A stretch of 63,939 nt of DNA, the filler included, from Octopus bimaculoides (lineage: Eukaryota): NCBI RefSeq assembly GCF_001194135.2. It is 6 parts of 6 records of this genome, joined end to end, with 100 filler letters (N's around TTAATTAATTAA, not from the genome) between each part and the next. Parts side by side here need not be neighbours in the genome. Positions count along the whole stretch, not along the records: positions 1 to 27,800 come from NC_068983.1; positions 27,901 to 47,385 come from NC_068984.1; 4 more parts are not named here. The stretch is one strand, 5' to 3'. Position 1 is the first letter of the stretch. The number at the start of each line of letters is the position of its first letter. Both the position numbers and the translations under genes were made by a program. The notes under the pieces were generated by a model. The model did not search any database and was not told where the DNA came from. It saw only the letters and a program-made list of their open reading frames with translations. Below are positions 26,890 to 39,040 of this stretch, one piece after another.

Positions 26890-27400
26890 TTTAGGTGTGG
26901 TTGTGCGCTGAAGACGTTTGTTCAGTCCCACTTTGTGGAACCGTGGGTAAGTGTCTTCTACTGTAGTCTCAGGCCAACTGAAAACTTGTGAGTGGAAACT
27001 GAAAGAAGTCTATACTGTGTGTGTGTGTGTGCATAAATATATATATANNNNNNNNNNNNNNNNNNNNNNNNNNNNNNNNNNNNNNNNNNNNNNNNNNNNN
27101 NNNNNNNNNNNNNNNNNNNNNNNNNNNNNNNNNNNNNNNNNNNNNNNNNNNNNNNNNNNNNNNNNNNNNNNNNNNNNNNNNNNNNNNNNNNNNNNNNNNN
27201 NNNNNNNNNNNNNNNNNNNNNNNNNNNNNNNNNNNNNNNNNNNNNNNNNNNNNNNTGTGTGTGTGTGTGTTTGTCCCTCCACCCAGCTTGACAGCCAGTG
27301 TTGCTATGTTTCTCACCCTGAAACTTAGCGGTTCACCAAAAAGAACAGATAGAATAATTACCAGGCTTAAAAAGAAAAAAAGTAATGCAATGAATTCATT
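26890..27400 (+). mobile_element. CORE-type tRNA-SINE spanning an assembly gap
   Basis: GTGTCTTCTACTGTAGTCTCAGGCCAAC..GTGAGTGGAAACTGAAAGAAG before the gap; TTTGTCCCTCCACC..CTTAGCGGTTC..GATAGAATAA after it. Confidence 0.7.
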
Positions 27401-27800
27401 TGAATAAACTTTTTTCATGGCTGTGCCTACAATCAAATGACTACAACAAATAAAAGATGGAAGATTGTAGATTATAAATATACACAGATAGATATACACT
27501 AATATTGTTTAATATGCATGTGTATATCATGCAAATACACTCATACACTGATATGGTATGTATAAACAATGAACTTCTGCAGTTTCTGCTTGGTAAATTT
27601 CACACTCAATAGATAGTTCAAGCATGCTATACATACATGCATGCACACATACATACATACATACATACATACATACACACATAGAGACAGACAGACAGAC
27701 GGACTGACAGAAGCCACAACGTATGTAGAATGAATAGACATTTTTGTTTGCATTTTCATTCTTTTGTGTACATAATGGAGTGTGTGTGTGTATATATATA

Positions 27801-27900
27801 NNNNNNNNNNNNNNNNNNNNNNNNNNNNNNNNNNNNNNNNNNNNTTAATTAATTAANNNNNNNNNNNNNNNNNNNNNNNNNNNNNNNNNNNNNNNNNNNN
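27801..27900. other. Assembly gap placeholder: N44-TTAATTAATTAA-N44 (also at about 47430, 58176, 60369 and 62767)
   Basis: The identical 12-mer is centred in 100-nt gaps. It is palindromic with stops in all six frames, so it is a technical artefact. Confidence 0.95.

Positions 27901-27994
<94 letters not shown>
27901..27994. repeat. (ATC)n microsatellite
   Basis: Directly visible; source of the poly-D ORF. Confidence 0.95.
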
Positions 27995-28007
27995 CTGTTA
28001 TTGTTGT

Positions 28008-28210
28008 TAAGGTGGCGAACTGGTAGAATCGTTAGCACGCCGGGCAAAATGTTTAGCCGTATTTCGTCCGCCTTTACGTTTCTGAGTTCAAATTCCGCCG
28101 AGGCTGACTTTGCCTTTCATCCTTTTGAAGAATAAGTATCTGTTGAGCACTGGGATCCATGTAATCGACAAAACCCCTCTCCCGAAATTGCTGACCTTCT
28201 GTCAAAATTT
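28008..28210 (+). mobile_element. tRNA-SINE family A, tail type 1
   Basis: AAGGTGGCGAACTGGTAGAATCGTTAGCACGCCGGGC..CTGAGTTCAAATTCCGCCGAGG..GCCTTTCATCC..AATTGCTGACCTT. Confidence 0.85.
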
Positions 28211-28379
28211 AAAACCTGTTAGAGGTTTTGCCGACGAGATGCGGTAAATAAGCACACACAAAAATTATAAATGAAAATAAATTTAGAAGTATAAAATGTA
28301 TGTTGGAGAAATATGGGAGAAATGTGACACTGAATATCTCTTGATCTGTCCAGTATGAAACTAATTAGCAGACGGTTCT

Positions 28380-29150
28380 TTAAAAAACAATTGGAACAAA
28401 TAGTAGAAGAGTAGAGCAGACAGCATGACAGCAGGTAGAAAAATGTCTGCGACAATTTGAAAGAGCAAAACTTAAATAGCCAGGAGGAGAAAAATATGGA
28501 ACTGTCAAGAAGAGACTCGCCTAAGAAGAGGAGGCAATAGCCACCCTAACGAGAGACGAATTCATCTTCATCCCAAGTAACCTTGGCTGAAGAGTGTTCA
28601 AAATAAAAATATCAACATCTACTGGTTGGTGGCAGCGGTTCCCTTCGACATGGAAGACAAAAACCAGTAATCTGCAGATAGAGAATATAGAAGCAGAACT
28701 GGTTAGAACAGAGTATACAGTTGTTAATACAGGCAGATCAACATAGCATCGAGGTCATCCCGGACCAGATGGCACAAAGCTTCACATGTATGTCTGTTGA
28801 GGACCGACGGCCGAGATGTCACCTGTGCTGGATGACATCTCAAGACCTTTTGTCCACAGCAAAGGAAGCCAACACTGCTGCCGACACTATCACCACCATA
28901 ACAACAATAGCAGCAACAGCACCAATGGAGGAAGGTAGCCACAACATCACCAACAACAGGACTGAAACTAACAACTACAAAAATAGCAGCAACAACAATT
29001 ACTGCAGCATCCACAGCAGCAGCAACACCACCTCCAACAACAACAGCATCAGAAATCTCCAAAACAACAACAACGGCTATATCAACAAAACACCGAAAAC
29101 CTCCCCGAGACATACCCCTCCCCTTTTCGAGCCACTCAGACACGTCTTGT
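28380..29150 (+). pseudogene. L1/Tx1-type ORF1 (RRM-like + zinc-knuckle region), heavily frameshifted
   Basis: Pieces QVEKCLRQF..GEKYGTV..EEAIATLTRDEFIFIPS..YWLVAAVPFDMED and MSVEDRRPRCHLC align with RGRKYGTMEV..WLVASILYNMED..VVVEGRPPTCYQC at 36350-36740. Confidence 0.65.
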
Positions 29151-29724
29151 AATAAAGGCCAAGAAAGGAAAGAGGAACGAAAGACACCAACAGAAAAAGG
29201 TGGGAGATACGAACAAACGAGGGAGATGCCTTTGAGCAACAATGCTCAAACACCACCTCCAACCACAGCTATACTAACATTGTCAACATCATCCTTGTCA
29301 CTACCACAACTGCCATCACTATCACAGATACCACCACTACCAGCACAAAGTTACGCACGCGCGCAGCATTTTGATAACCAATTTTTGATAATAAAATTTA
29401 AACATCATTAACTACACTGCCATAAACACGACCAACAAATTACTAATGCAATACATACACCACCATACAAACGTCACTCAGGGTAATTTCATTACATCGC
29501 CAACCAACATACCAAACCTACTCTTACAAATCATACAAATAACACAAAACACATAATTAACAAAAAAATACATCGATGAGGTAGGAAATTTTACAAAAAA
29601 CGTTAACAAAAGACTTTACAAAGAACTTCTTGTGGAAACGCCCACATCTGACCAGAGGGATGGAACACCTATTCCCCGTTCCTCACAAAACTACGGTAAA
29701 TAGCTCTCTTCTTCGTTTATTTTA

Positions 29725-30305
29725 TTGTCCAACATGACCTTGCTCAGAATAGGCAGTGTAAATGTATGTGGCCTGGGGTCGCTTTCGAATCAGGGCCACC
29801 TACTCAATGACCTCAGGTCTCTAAGTTTAGATGTCGTGGCTGTCAGTGAGCTATCATGCCCGTTTTCGGTGAATACGAGATTTACTTATCTCCATGAGTG
29901 GGGTGAAATTGCAGTGTTGTTCAAGAGAGGACTGGATCTGAAGATAATGGTCATCTCCCTGGACCCAGAATGTAAGTAGGCGGCCCTGAATATGAACAGT
30001 AGCAACGGGGGCGCTTTCAGATTGGTGACTATTTATACTCCGACAGGGGTAGAAGATCCAGCTTTCTCCAGATATCTGGAAGTTTTCCGACCAACGTCTC
30101 CACCTTTAGTGCTAATGGGTGACTCTGGGATGTCATCTTCGACACGTGCTTAGATCGTGTGATCGTGTGGGTCTAGCTGTTAGAAGTGCAAAAGTTTCAC
30201 AAACTTGCTCAGACGTTTTCAACCGTCTGACAAGTACCGACTGAATTTGCCGAATGTGCCAGTGTGGACATGGTCAAACCACATCGGGTCATCTAGGGGC
30301 ATCAG
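29725..30305 (+). pseudogene. L1/Tx1 ORF2 apurinic-type endonuclease (APE) domain, 3'-truncated
   Basis: LRIGSVNVCGL..LLNDLRSLSLDVVAVSE..GEIAVLFKRGLDL..FRLVTIYTP..LVLMGD..VWTWSN; these are the typical EEP/APE motifs of L1-clade ORF2. Confidence 0.85.
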
Positions 30306-30564
30306 AAATAACTTTTTTAATGAGTGAATTATTTTTTCAAATCTAGTAAATGATGTATATAAAACAATTTTGTCATATATTTGTCGCAAGGAAATTTTTT
30401 ATTTATTTACTTTTCTTCTCGAAACAAGAAAAAAGAGCAATAACAAAAACAAAAACATCAAAAGAACTGTACCCACATGAAAAGAAGTAAAATTTAATCT
30501 CTTCATAAATGCCTCTATAATAGGTACTTGTAGTTACTATTGCTGCTGCTGGCATTGCTCTTCT

Positions 30565-30770
30565 TCGCAGAATCGCTAGCACGCAGGGCAAAATGCCTAG
30601 CGACATTTCGCCCGTCTCTAAGATCTGAGTTCAAATTCCGCCGAGGTAGATTTTGCCTTTCATCCTTTCGAGATCGATAAATTAAGTACCACTTGAGCAC
30701 TGAGGTCGATGTAAATGACTTATCCCCTTCCTGGAATTGCTGACCTCGTGCCAAAATTTGAAACTACCAT
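30565..30770 (+). mobile_element. tRNA-SINE family A, tail type 1
   Basis: GCAGAATCGCTAGCACGCAGGGC..CTGAGTTCAAATTCCGCCGAGG..GCCTTTCATCCTTTCGAGATCGATAAATTAAGTACC. Confidence 0.85.
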
Positions 30771-31198
30771 TAACAATAATAATTTCTCAAATATTTTATA
30801 TTTTGAGTCGAAAACTTATTGTATTTCTAACTAAAATATTTTGGTATAATATTGAATTTTCAAATATCTTAAAATGTTTCTTTCACTTTTAATTTTTTCC
30901 TCTTTATAATGTTTGTCGATTTTTAATAAGTCAAAATTATTATTATAAATTAGTGATAGTTTCAAACAGAGGAAATGTTTGAAAAAATTAGGGTAACGTG
31001 CATATTCCGAAACTCCACGTTAGAATTATTGTAAATTAGAGTGCCAACTCAAAAAGTTTTGAAGTCCACTTGTTAAGCAGGAACACCTTGCAGTGTTCTT
31101 GCTCAATAAGTGTCATTAACTATTATATAAAATTTCTTTTAATGTCCATAGTAGTACAAATAGTACAATTTCTTACATTTAGCAGTTATCGTTTAGAA

Positions 31199-31327
31199 CA
31201 GGTGTTCTCAACCATATTTTTACCTATGGACCCCTTTGATTACTATTTTCTTCTGGTGGAACCCCATAACCAAACAAATTTCATATGTACTCCCAAGGGC
31301 TATATGGACCCTGGTTGAGAACCACTG
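31199..31327. mobile_element. hAT (Charlie-like) MITE
   Basis: TIRs CAGGTGTTCTCAACC / GGTTGAGAACCACTG; 8-bp TSD GTTTAGAA / ATTTAGAA. Confidence 0.85.
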
Positions 31328-32799
31328 ATTTAGAATAGGTGGCAAAGTGACTCCAATCCAAGGAATTACAATTTATCCTAGAATATTGGTAGTATAGTGG
31401 GCAGTATACTTTTTTTGACAATAAACCGCTGTGCTGAGTATACAATCTAGCATAGCTATAAGTGGATACTGTCTTCAGCTAAACTGTGTATATGGATTTT
31501 TGCGATGTACTCACAAATTAAAAGGTTATGTAAGAAATTAAAGAAACACTAAAACATTTTATGCACTTTTTTTATATTTAAACAGCTTCCACAGAACAAT
31601 TTCTACAAACCGATAACCGCAAACACAATTAGCTTTTGTGATAAAAGCTTTTCTTCTAATGGAGACTTCGGTTTCAGTTTTAATCTGATCCTTGAATTGG
31701 AGACTTGAATAAAACTATTCTGCACTTCTTTCATTCTTATTCACTTACCATAATCTAGCTTTGTTTTGTTGTGGATAATGAATTTTTTTTGTATTTTTAA
31801 CTCTTTGTTATTCCCAAGAGGAATAACAATGAGATTCACGAAAGTACTTAAGTGGATAGCAAGACTGCAAACTCGAGAAAAAGCGATCTGATATCATTTT
31901 TAAATGCCAAAAACCTATTAAACTATTTTGCAATTCTAGGTATATCAACACCACCACTGAAAAAAGCAAATCATAGTACACAGACGATGCTAGTTCTTTC
32001 AAGCAATTTTTAATCCACAGTTGACACTTCTGACACAATTGGTGAACGCAAGGGGGGGGGTGACTGCAGAGCATGAAAAGTCAGGGTAGAAACGTGAACC
32101 AATTTAGTGATTTCAAAGAATGCGTTAACGTCACAAACTGGCGCATAACAGTTGATAAAGATTTTGTACAAAATTATTTAATGCGATATATCGGTTTTAT
32201 TTTAAAATTAAAAGGAACAGCTTATGTTTTTAACTAATCTAGTAGGGTTTCCAAGTAGTAAAACGGATGTTTCTCAAGTATATACGGTGAAAAAAGATTG
32301 AAAGAAATCGCCAGAATGTGATGAGATTTTCGTTAGCTAACTTAAAGTAGAAATGGTTGTTTTGTTTGCAAACTGTTTTTTTAAAAGCCACACGTCACTT
32401 ATAATCGAATAATTTTCTGACTGAATCTCAGAACTGTATAAAATCATAGACAGCTTGGAATGTAGGAAGGCGATGGTATATTAAATAAAAATAACGACAA
32501 ATGAAAGCACTGTGGATCAGTAACTTGAGGGATAGATAAGAAAAAGCATTCAGTATAATTTTAAAGTATTCAAAAGAGATGTAGCTGTTATAAGGGTTTT
32601 TGCATTTAGAGATCATAAGGAGAAATGGAGTTTGCTGAATAATGACAATTTCACGAAGACTGCACTGTTACTGCTAATTAGTGTGCGTGCATATGAGTTT
32701 CCAGACTTACAAGCGGAAGTAGTCTGGCGGTCGTAACATAAAGAAACTTACACGATATCATATCTTCTGTACATATGCCATTGATAAACAATGTGAAAC

Positions 32800-34110
32800 A
32801 AAACTGTAACTGCATCATTTAGTTGAATAAAAAATGGAAAATAGCCACCTAGTTTTTTTGTTTTCATTACAACTTATTCAACTTTTGTCAAGAATTTCAA
32901 AATGCAACAGCAGCAAGGAAACGGGCAGCGACAATACGGAGTGAAGAAGTGGTGCTTTTCCCCACGTATAGAGGTATGAGAGCAATGAGAATTACTGTCG
33001 AAGGAATCCCACCAGAAATCGATGTGGCTTGGGTGGCAGATGCTGTCCTGGCCACGAAAAGGGATTGTGTAAACTGGAGAGGACAATCACTGAATATGGT
33101 AGTACAGAGATCGAAAGAAACGTTGAAAAGGATCACGATTCAATAACTATGGAAGAAGCAGTAATGACAGTCAGTGTGGAAGGAAGAGTTCCATGCTGCT
33201 TTAAATGTGGCCTGAAGGGCCACATTAGAGCTGACTGCACGATAAGGTCAAGAAAAACAGAGGAAAAACAACAAGATAATATGGAGGAGGATAAAGAAGA
33301 GAGCTTCAGAAAGGAAAAAACCAAAAAAAAAAAGAAGAGAAAGTAGCGAAAACAGAGGAAAAATGGGAAAAAGTTACAGGAAGAAAAAGGAAAAAGGCAA
33401 GTGAACTAAACTGTAAACCCCATTCCACACCCATCTCACCCACACTCTCTCAGACCCACCCTCTCCCTGCAGACACCAAGCCTACTCATTCTCATCCGAC
33501 ACAAAATCAAAAGACAAGCATACACAAAGAAGCTCAAAACTCCTCCCCCAAGGCAAAAAAAACTGCTGGGTTTGATAATATTGAGGAGTATCACAAGTGT
33601 GTGGTACCTGATAAGAAGCAGGAGGAGAGAATACCTGCGTTTAAGGTCGGATATAGTTCTTGGGAGGTGGACTGCAGCTGGAACTCACTTCCAGGTTTCG
33701 CAACTTATGATAAGTGGTTAGAGGAGACGGGAATTGGTCTTTTAGAAGGATAAGGGTTCAAAAGGTAGGGAATTAGGCTACTCGTAAGTGGGGAGGGTGG
33801 TTCCATTTCCATTTTTCATAATCATGTTTTCATGCATTATATCATACATTTTTGCTTTATTTTATGCTTTATGTCCCACATATTTTACTGTATTGTCCCC
33901 TCTGTGTGCCCGGTATGGAAAATAATTAAAAAAAAGCCAACGAAACGTTTGGTGAGGAAATAACCAATGAGTGGTCAGCTCGAAAATGGTCTAAACAATT
34001 TCGCAGTGGATATCTGAGCCTTGAAGATCGTGAGGTAGTGGATGCCCATCTGTCATCGATGACGGTCAATTAGAACAGCATTATGCATCAATCCGTCGTC
34101 TTGTGAAGAG
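32800..34110 (+). mobile_element. Mariner transposase N-terminus (HTH region), interrupted by the insertion at 32922-33935
   Basis: Left piece MENSH..LFNFCQEFQNATAARK continues after the insertion as ANETFGEEITNEWSARKWSKQFRSGYLSLEDRE.SG.PSVIDD. This matches the mariner pattern A.AAR.I...FG...V...W...F..G..SLED..RSGRP. Confidence 0.7.
32922..33935 (+). mobile_element. 5'-truncated ORF1-only (half-L1/HAL1-like) retroposon with poly-A tail
   Basis: VLFPTYRGMRAMRITVEGIPPEIDVAWVA..MTVSVEGRVPCCFKCGLKGHIRADC (CX2CX4HX4C), basic and low-complexity linker, C-terminal ..WNSLPGFATYDKWLEETGIGLLEG* ending near 33752, a ~170-nt 3' UTR and an A-tail. No APE or RT. Confidence 0.75.
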
Positions 34111-35107
34111 GGGGAGTTGACGCAGAGGAAAGTTGAGCACAATAGGGAAAAGAGGAAGCAGTGCCCCAAAATGAGAAGTAAGCACTAACAGAAAACATCA
34201 AAAACGAGTGATGGGGAGCAGCCTCTTGAAAACAACAATAATGTCCCTCTAGAGTAATCCCGGAGGCAATGGTGAGAGGACCATGAACTGAGGTTCAGCA
34301 TTCTTCGAAGATCGAACCAACATCTAAGGGACAAAAATCACATGTGGTGCTGGTGTATTCTGTAGTTGTATTGGTTACTGAATCAAAGATTGTTGGGGTT
34401 GGAATATAACAGACACTCGAAGGACATACGTTGGTACACTAGTAGAACAGTGTTGCAAAACTGAAAAAATAATGTTGTAAAAATATTGGTTATCTTCCTC
34501 AACCCGTTCATTCCATTAAAAAAAAAATGCTAACAGGCACCTACATGGCATCAGTACGAGTAATAACGGTCGGTCAGAGACCTAGAATACACTAACCCGA
34601 CCTAATCAATCACTTCTCACTTGTGTGTGAACAAAAAGTCAAAATATTCGTCGTGGTTTAATTTATCATGTTTCTATTATTGTGCTTTGTTACAATGTTT
34701 ACATTTTTATTTATTTCTCAGTAATTGTGTTTTCTGTTACCCACTTTAATCATTTTACACCTTTCTCCTATTCCTTCGTTTTTATACACCTTGTTTGTCC
34801 CATCTCACATTATATTTTATTGTATCATTTCGAGCTCTCTGTGACTAATAAAGAAAACATAATTATCATTTGACATGACAAGCAAAGCTCTGCGAAATTT
34901 TGTTAATTTTTACATCCAACGCATGTCAGCTTTATTGTCTCATTGTATTTGCAACACTCTGAGTCTCTGAGTAGACTTTTTAATAATTCCTCTGGAAGAC
35001 GATATTTCATTATTAGCAGTCACATTTGTTTACAATTAGCAACAGAAGCAGCAGGAAGATAAGATTACTACAATGGGAGCAGTCACGTACCTCTAAGAAC
35101 GATATCA

Positions 35108-35915
35108 GTTACCAGTGTGGCGTAAGGGGCCACATGAGAGCAAGGTGTCCCCAGAACGACGATAAATGTGAAAAGGAACAACAGCAGCAGGGTGAAGAAG
35201 CGACGAACCCAATATGTGAGAAGTGTCCAGAGAAGGTGGAGGAGGAGTATACGGTGGTGAATAGGAAGAAGAAAAGGAAAGAAGACGTGGACTCACCGCC
35301 AAAGAGTCCACTAAAGAAAAGAAAGGAGAGTAAACAAGAAGCACAACATGAGATACCAACAACATCAAAGGAAGCCATCGCGGAAAATCAAGTGGGACTA
35401 CAGAAACAAACAAATTAAAAAGAACCAAAACATAAATGGCATATGTAATATATGCAAAAGGTACAGAGATAGAGAAGAAAATCACAAAAATGAAATCAGT
35501 GATAAGAGTGAAACTAACGACGGAATACTATCCAGAGAGCACCAAAGCAATTGTTATTGACGACGAGAGATGTGAAAAACTATGAGAACTGTGCGAAAAG
35601 AAGATAGACCCAACGGGAGTACACGTCGAGTAAAAAGAAAAAGAAAAATAGTAAGTAAATATTTAAAAATTTGAAATTCCTGTAAAAACAGATGCAAAAA
35701 GGGGGAAAACAGAGGAAAAAAGAACTGATTTATAAACGTTAAACGAAAATCATTTAAATGATACTGCCTCCGAGTGGGAAACAGGTAAGCCATTTCATCC
35801 TCATTGTTATTATCCATCCTTCATTCGTACGTTCTGTGTTTCGCGTCCCAACTGTGGTGTTTTGTCCGTCCTTGTGCTGTCCCTTCTGTGTTACGGCCTG
35901 CGTGCCGAATAAAGG
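35108..35915 (+). mobile_element. 5'-truncated ORF1-only retroposon; paralog of 36720-37555
   Basis: YQCGVRGHMRARCPQNDDKCEKEQQQQG (CCHC knuckle). Colinear with the next copy; AATAAA at 35908-35913. No ORF2. Confidence 0.8.
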
Positions 35916-35919
35916 AAAT

Positions 35920-37555
35920 TCAGTAGCAGTAATCTTTTTCATTGTTAAATTGTTGAACTGTTGTTGGTGTTTTTTTTTTTTTCCTGTGAAATTGTAATTG
36001 CTTTCTTCCCCATTTATGGGTGAAGTAGATAAAAAGCAAAGGCTGGAGTGCGAACCAGTTCCAGCCGGCAGCTATGCCTTCAGCCACTGGAAGGTTGACA
36101 GCTGACATGTAGCAGGTACGAGTGATAAAGATGGAGCAGAGGAAGTTGAAGGAATTCAACAGACTCATAGAGAAGGATGGAACCAGTTTGAGGTTGACAC
36201 CGCCGGAAAATTTAACAACGATCGTGATGAAGCGGACAGTGGTGTATAGAACGCTGTCCACAACAACAAAAAGAATAGAAATAGACACAGTAGAGGCTAT
36301 AGAGGAGTGCTTGAAGGAGGTAAAAAGCCTCACAACATTCTATACGGGGGGAGGAAATACGGTACAATGGAGGTAAGTTTCGCTAGTGAACAAAAAGCGA
36401 TAAGCCACTCCACTGTAGCGCTAAGGACACCAGAGTGGGTACTTCAGCCATCTTACTGTGGCAAACGAATGACCAGAGTAAGGATTGGCAGAGTACCCCT
36501 GGAGAGTGAGGAGGCGTGGTTGGTGGCATCCATCTTGTATAATATGGAGGACGACATAAAAGTGTTGAAAGTAATGAGGTCAAATGAGGTAAACTAGTTG
36601 GGATACGGCCTCGAAGTGGCAATCCAGGTCAGTTTACAAGACTTGCACAAGATAGCGGAGGAGGTAATACTGCCAGAGAATGATAAATTGAGAGTAGTGG
36701 TGGAGGGAAGACCTCCAACCTGTTACCAATGTGGCGTAAGGGGACACATGAGAGCAAGGTGTCCCAAGAACGACGATAAATGTGAAAAGGAACAGCAACA
36801 GCAGGGTGACGAGCAGGAGCAAAATGCCGAAGTGACGGCCCCAGTATGTGAGAAGTGTCCGGAGAAAGTGGAGGAGGAGTATACGGTGGTGAAAAGGAAA
36901 GAAGACGTGGACTCACCGCCAAAGAGTCCGCTAAAGAAAAGGATGGAAAGTAAACAAGAGGCACAACATGAGACACCAACAACATCAAGGGAAGCCAACG
37001 CAGAAAAACAAGTGGGACTGCAGAAACAAATAAATAACAAAGAACCAAAACATAAATGGCGTATGGTAACATATGCGAAAAACACAGAGATAGAGAGGAA
37101 AATGACGAAAAGAAATCAGTAATAAGAGTAAAGCTAACTACAGAATACTATCCAGAGAGTACCAAAGCAATTGTTATTGACAACGAGAGATGCGAAAGAC
37201 TACAAGAACTGTTCGGAAATAGAATAGACCCAACGGGAGTACGCGTCGAGTTCGACGACTTGCCGCCAGTAGTATAGTATGAGGACCTGTTGTCGTACAT
37301 AAAATGGAAAACAAAGTGTAAGTAAATGATGCAAAAAAAGAAAAAGGAGAAAAAAAGAGAGAACTTATTAAAAGCATTAGACTAAAAACATTTAAATGAT
37401 ACTGCTTGCGAGTGGGGAGCAGGCAAGCCGTTTCAACCTCATTATTATTGTTCCTCCTTCATTCGGTCGTTCTGTGTTTTTGTCTCCCACTGTTGTATTC
37501 TGTCTGTCCTTGTGCTGTCTCCTATGTGATACGGCCTGTGTGCGGAATAAAGAAA
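35920..37555 (+). mobile_element. Near-full-length ORF1-only (half-L1/HAL1-like) retroposon, ORF disrupted
   Basis: ATG at about 36017; pieces RGRKYGTMEVSFASEQKA..RVRIGRVPLE..LRVVVEGRPPTCYQCGVRGHMRARCP..EFDDLPPVV*, with frameshifts and one in-frame stop (36595-36597). About 270 nt of 3' UTR to AATAAA at 37546-37551. Confidence 0.8.
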
Positions 37556-37649
37556 ATCAGTAGTAATAGAGTCATTGTACGAGTTCTCAGTTGGAGTCAG
37601 TGTCAGTTACGTGATATATACGAGTTCGAGTTAATGTCAAGGAAAACGT

Positions 37650-37970
37650 TTCAAATAAATACAGATAGATAGATAGATAGATAGATAGATGGCTTGGTGG
37701 ATCGATAAACAGACAGATACATAGATAGAGAGATAGACAGGTATATACATAGAGAGAAACATAAGAGAGAGAGAGAGAGAGAAAGAAAGAGAGAGAGAAA
37801 GAAAGAGAGAGAGAGAGAAAGAAAGAGAGAGAGAGAGAAAGAAAGAGAGAGAGAGAGATGGTTTGGTGGATCGTTAGACAGACAGACAGACAGACAGATA
37901 GATAGATACATAGATAGAAAGATAGATTGACAAGTATATACATAGAGAGAGAGAGAGAGAGAGAGAGATA
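37650..37970. repeat. Compound (GATA)n/(GA)n/(GACA)n microsatellite with an internal duplication
   Basis: Directly visible; GATGG(C/T)TTGGTGGATCG occurs twice. Confidence 0.9.
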
Positions 37971-38637
37971 CTCGGTTAGGGTTGATACGGATCTAAACAA
38001 CATAGACTTCATAATGTGTGATATGAAAAGCAAGGCAGCTATTTCTAATAGGCCTAAATGGCAACGTACAGTCTTACTGTTGGCTCGTATAGCTTTAAAT
38101 ACAATGCGCACGCAAGGACTCTCTCAAGAATGCAGCCAAATCTCCCTGAAATCATATTCTAGCGTCTTAGACGCAAATATCTGAAACAGAGAGCTCTGTT
38201 TCATCAGAGCTAACCTAGTACTAAACAGCAACAGAAAAAATGACAATAGCAGTATAATCGGAAAAAATATACAAATGGTTTACCAGAATCACCAGTCTTT
38301 CTGCTGCTGTTGTTGTTGATGCTGCTGTTGCAGTTGCTCTCGTCTTCGCTGCCGTCTCTTAGTCTTGAATGAGCAGGTAATCCCATCTTTATCTTTTATT
38401 TTTTCATTTATTTGTTTTTGTTTCTGGTCTCAATGTGTTCTTCTATTCTAAGCACATTATAGTGTGTTTGGGTGCAACTGACTAATAGTCCTCGCTGTAC
38501 ACGTGGTCCGATGTTAACTTCTTAACCGGCCTTCTTTACACTCGCTTTTGACACGCTTTGCTGATATTCCAGTCAAAAATTATACACGCTCTTGTTTCTG
38601 TAATTTAGTAACGCAAAAGCAGGGTTGAACAATTACA

Positions 38638-39040
38638 TCATTTTTAGACATAATCTCCTTGCTTTCCATTGCACTTTTTCCAGTTATCCACAAGTTTGCT
38701 TATTCCATCGGTTTCCAGCTGTTCGCGCAGCCATTTATGCTTCCTGCACTTCGTCCGTAGCAAATCGACGACCTCGTAATAGGTTTTTGAGTGGTCCAAA
38801 GAGGTTATTGTCCGAAAGGGTGTTCCAGCAACTCGAAGCCCAATTTTTCAATGGTTTCGACGGTGTGGGAGGCCGTGTGTGGACGAGCATTGTTGTGTAA
38901 CAATAACATTTGCTTTGACAAGACCTCGGCGTTTGGTACGAAATGTTGGTTTCAGTATGTTGACCAGCATTTCACTAGAGACTATACGAGATCTCTCTCC
39001 CAGGTAATGTTCCAATATAGACCTTTTGCGTCCTAAAAAT
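38638..39040 (-). mobile_element. Mariner transposase C-terminal (DD34D region) fragment
   Basis: Minus strand: LKPTFRTKRRGL..LLLHNNARPHTASHTVETIEKLGFELLEHP..NLFGPLKNLLRGRRFATDE..WLREQ..DGISKLVDNWKKCNGKQGDYV. Confidence 0.9.
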
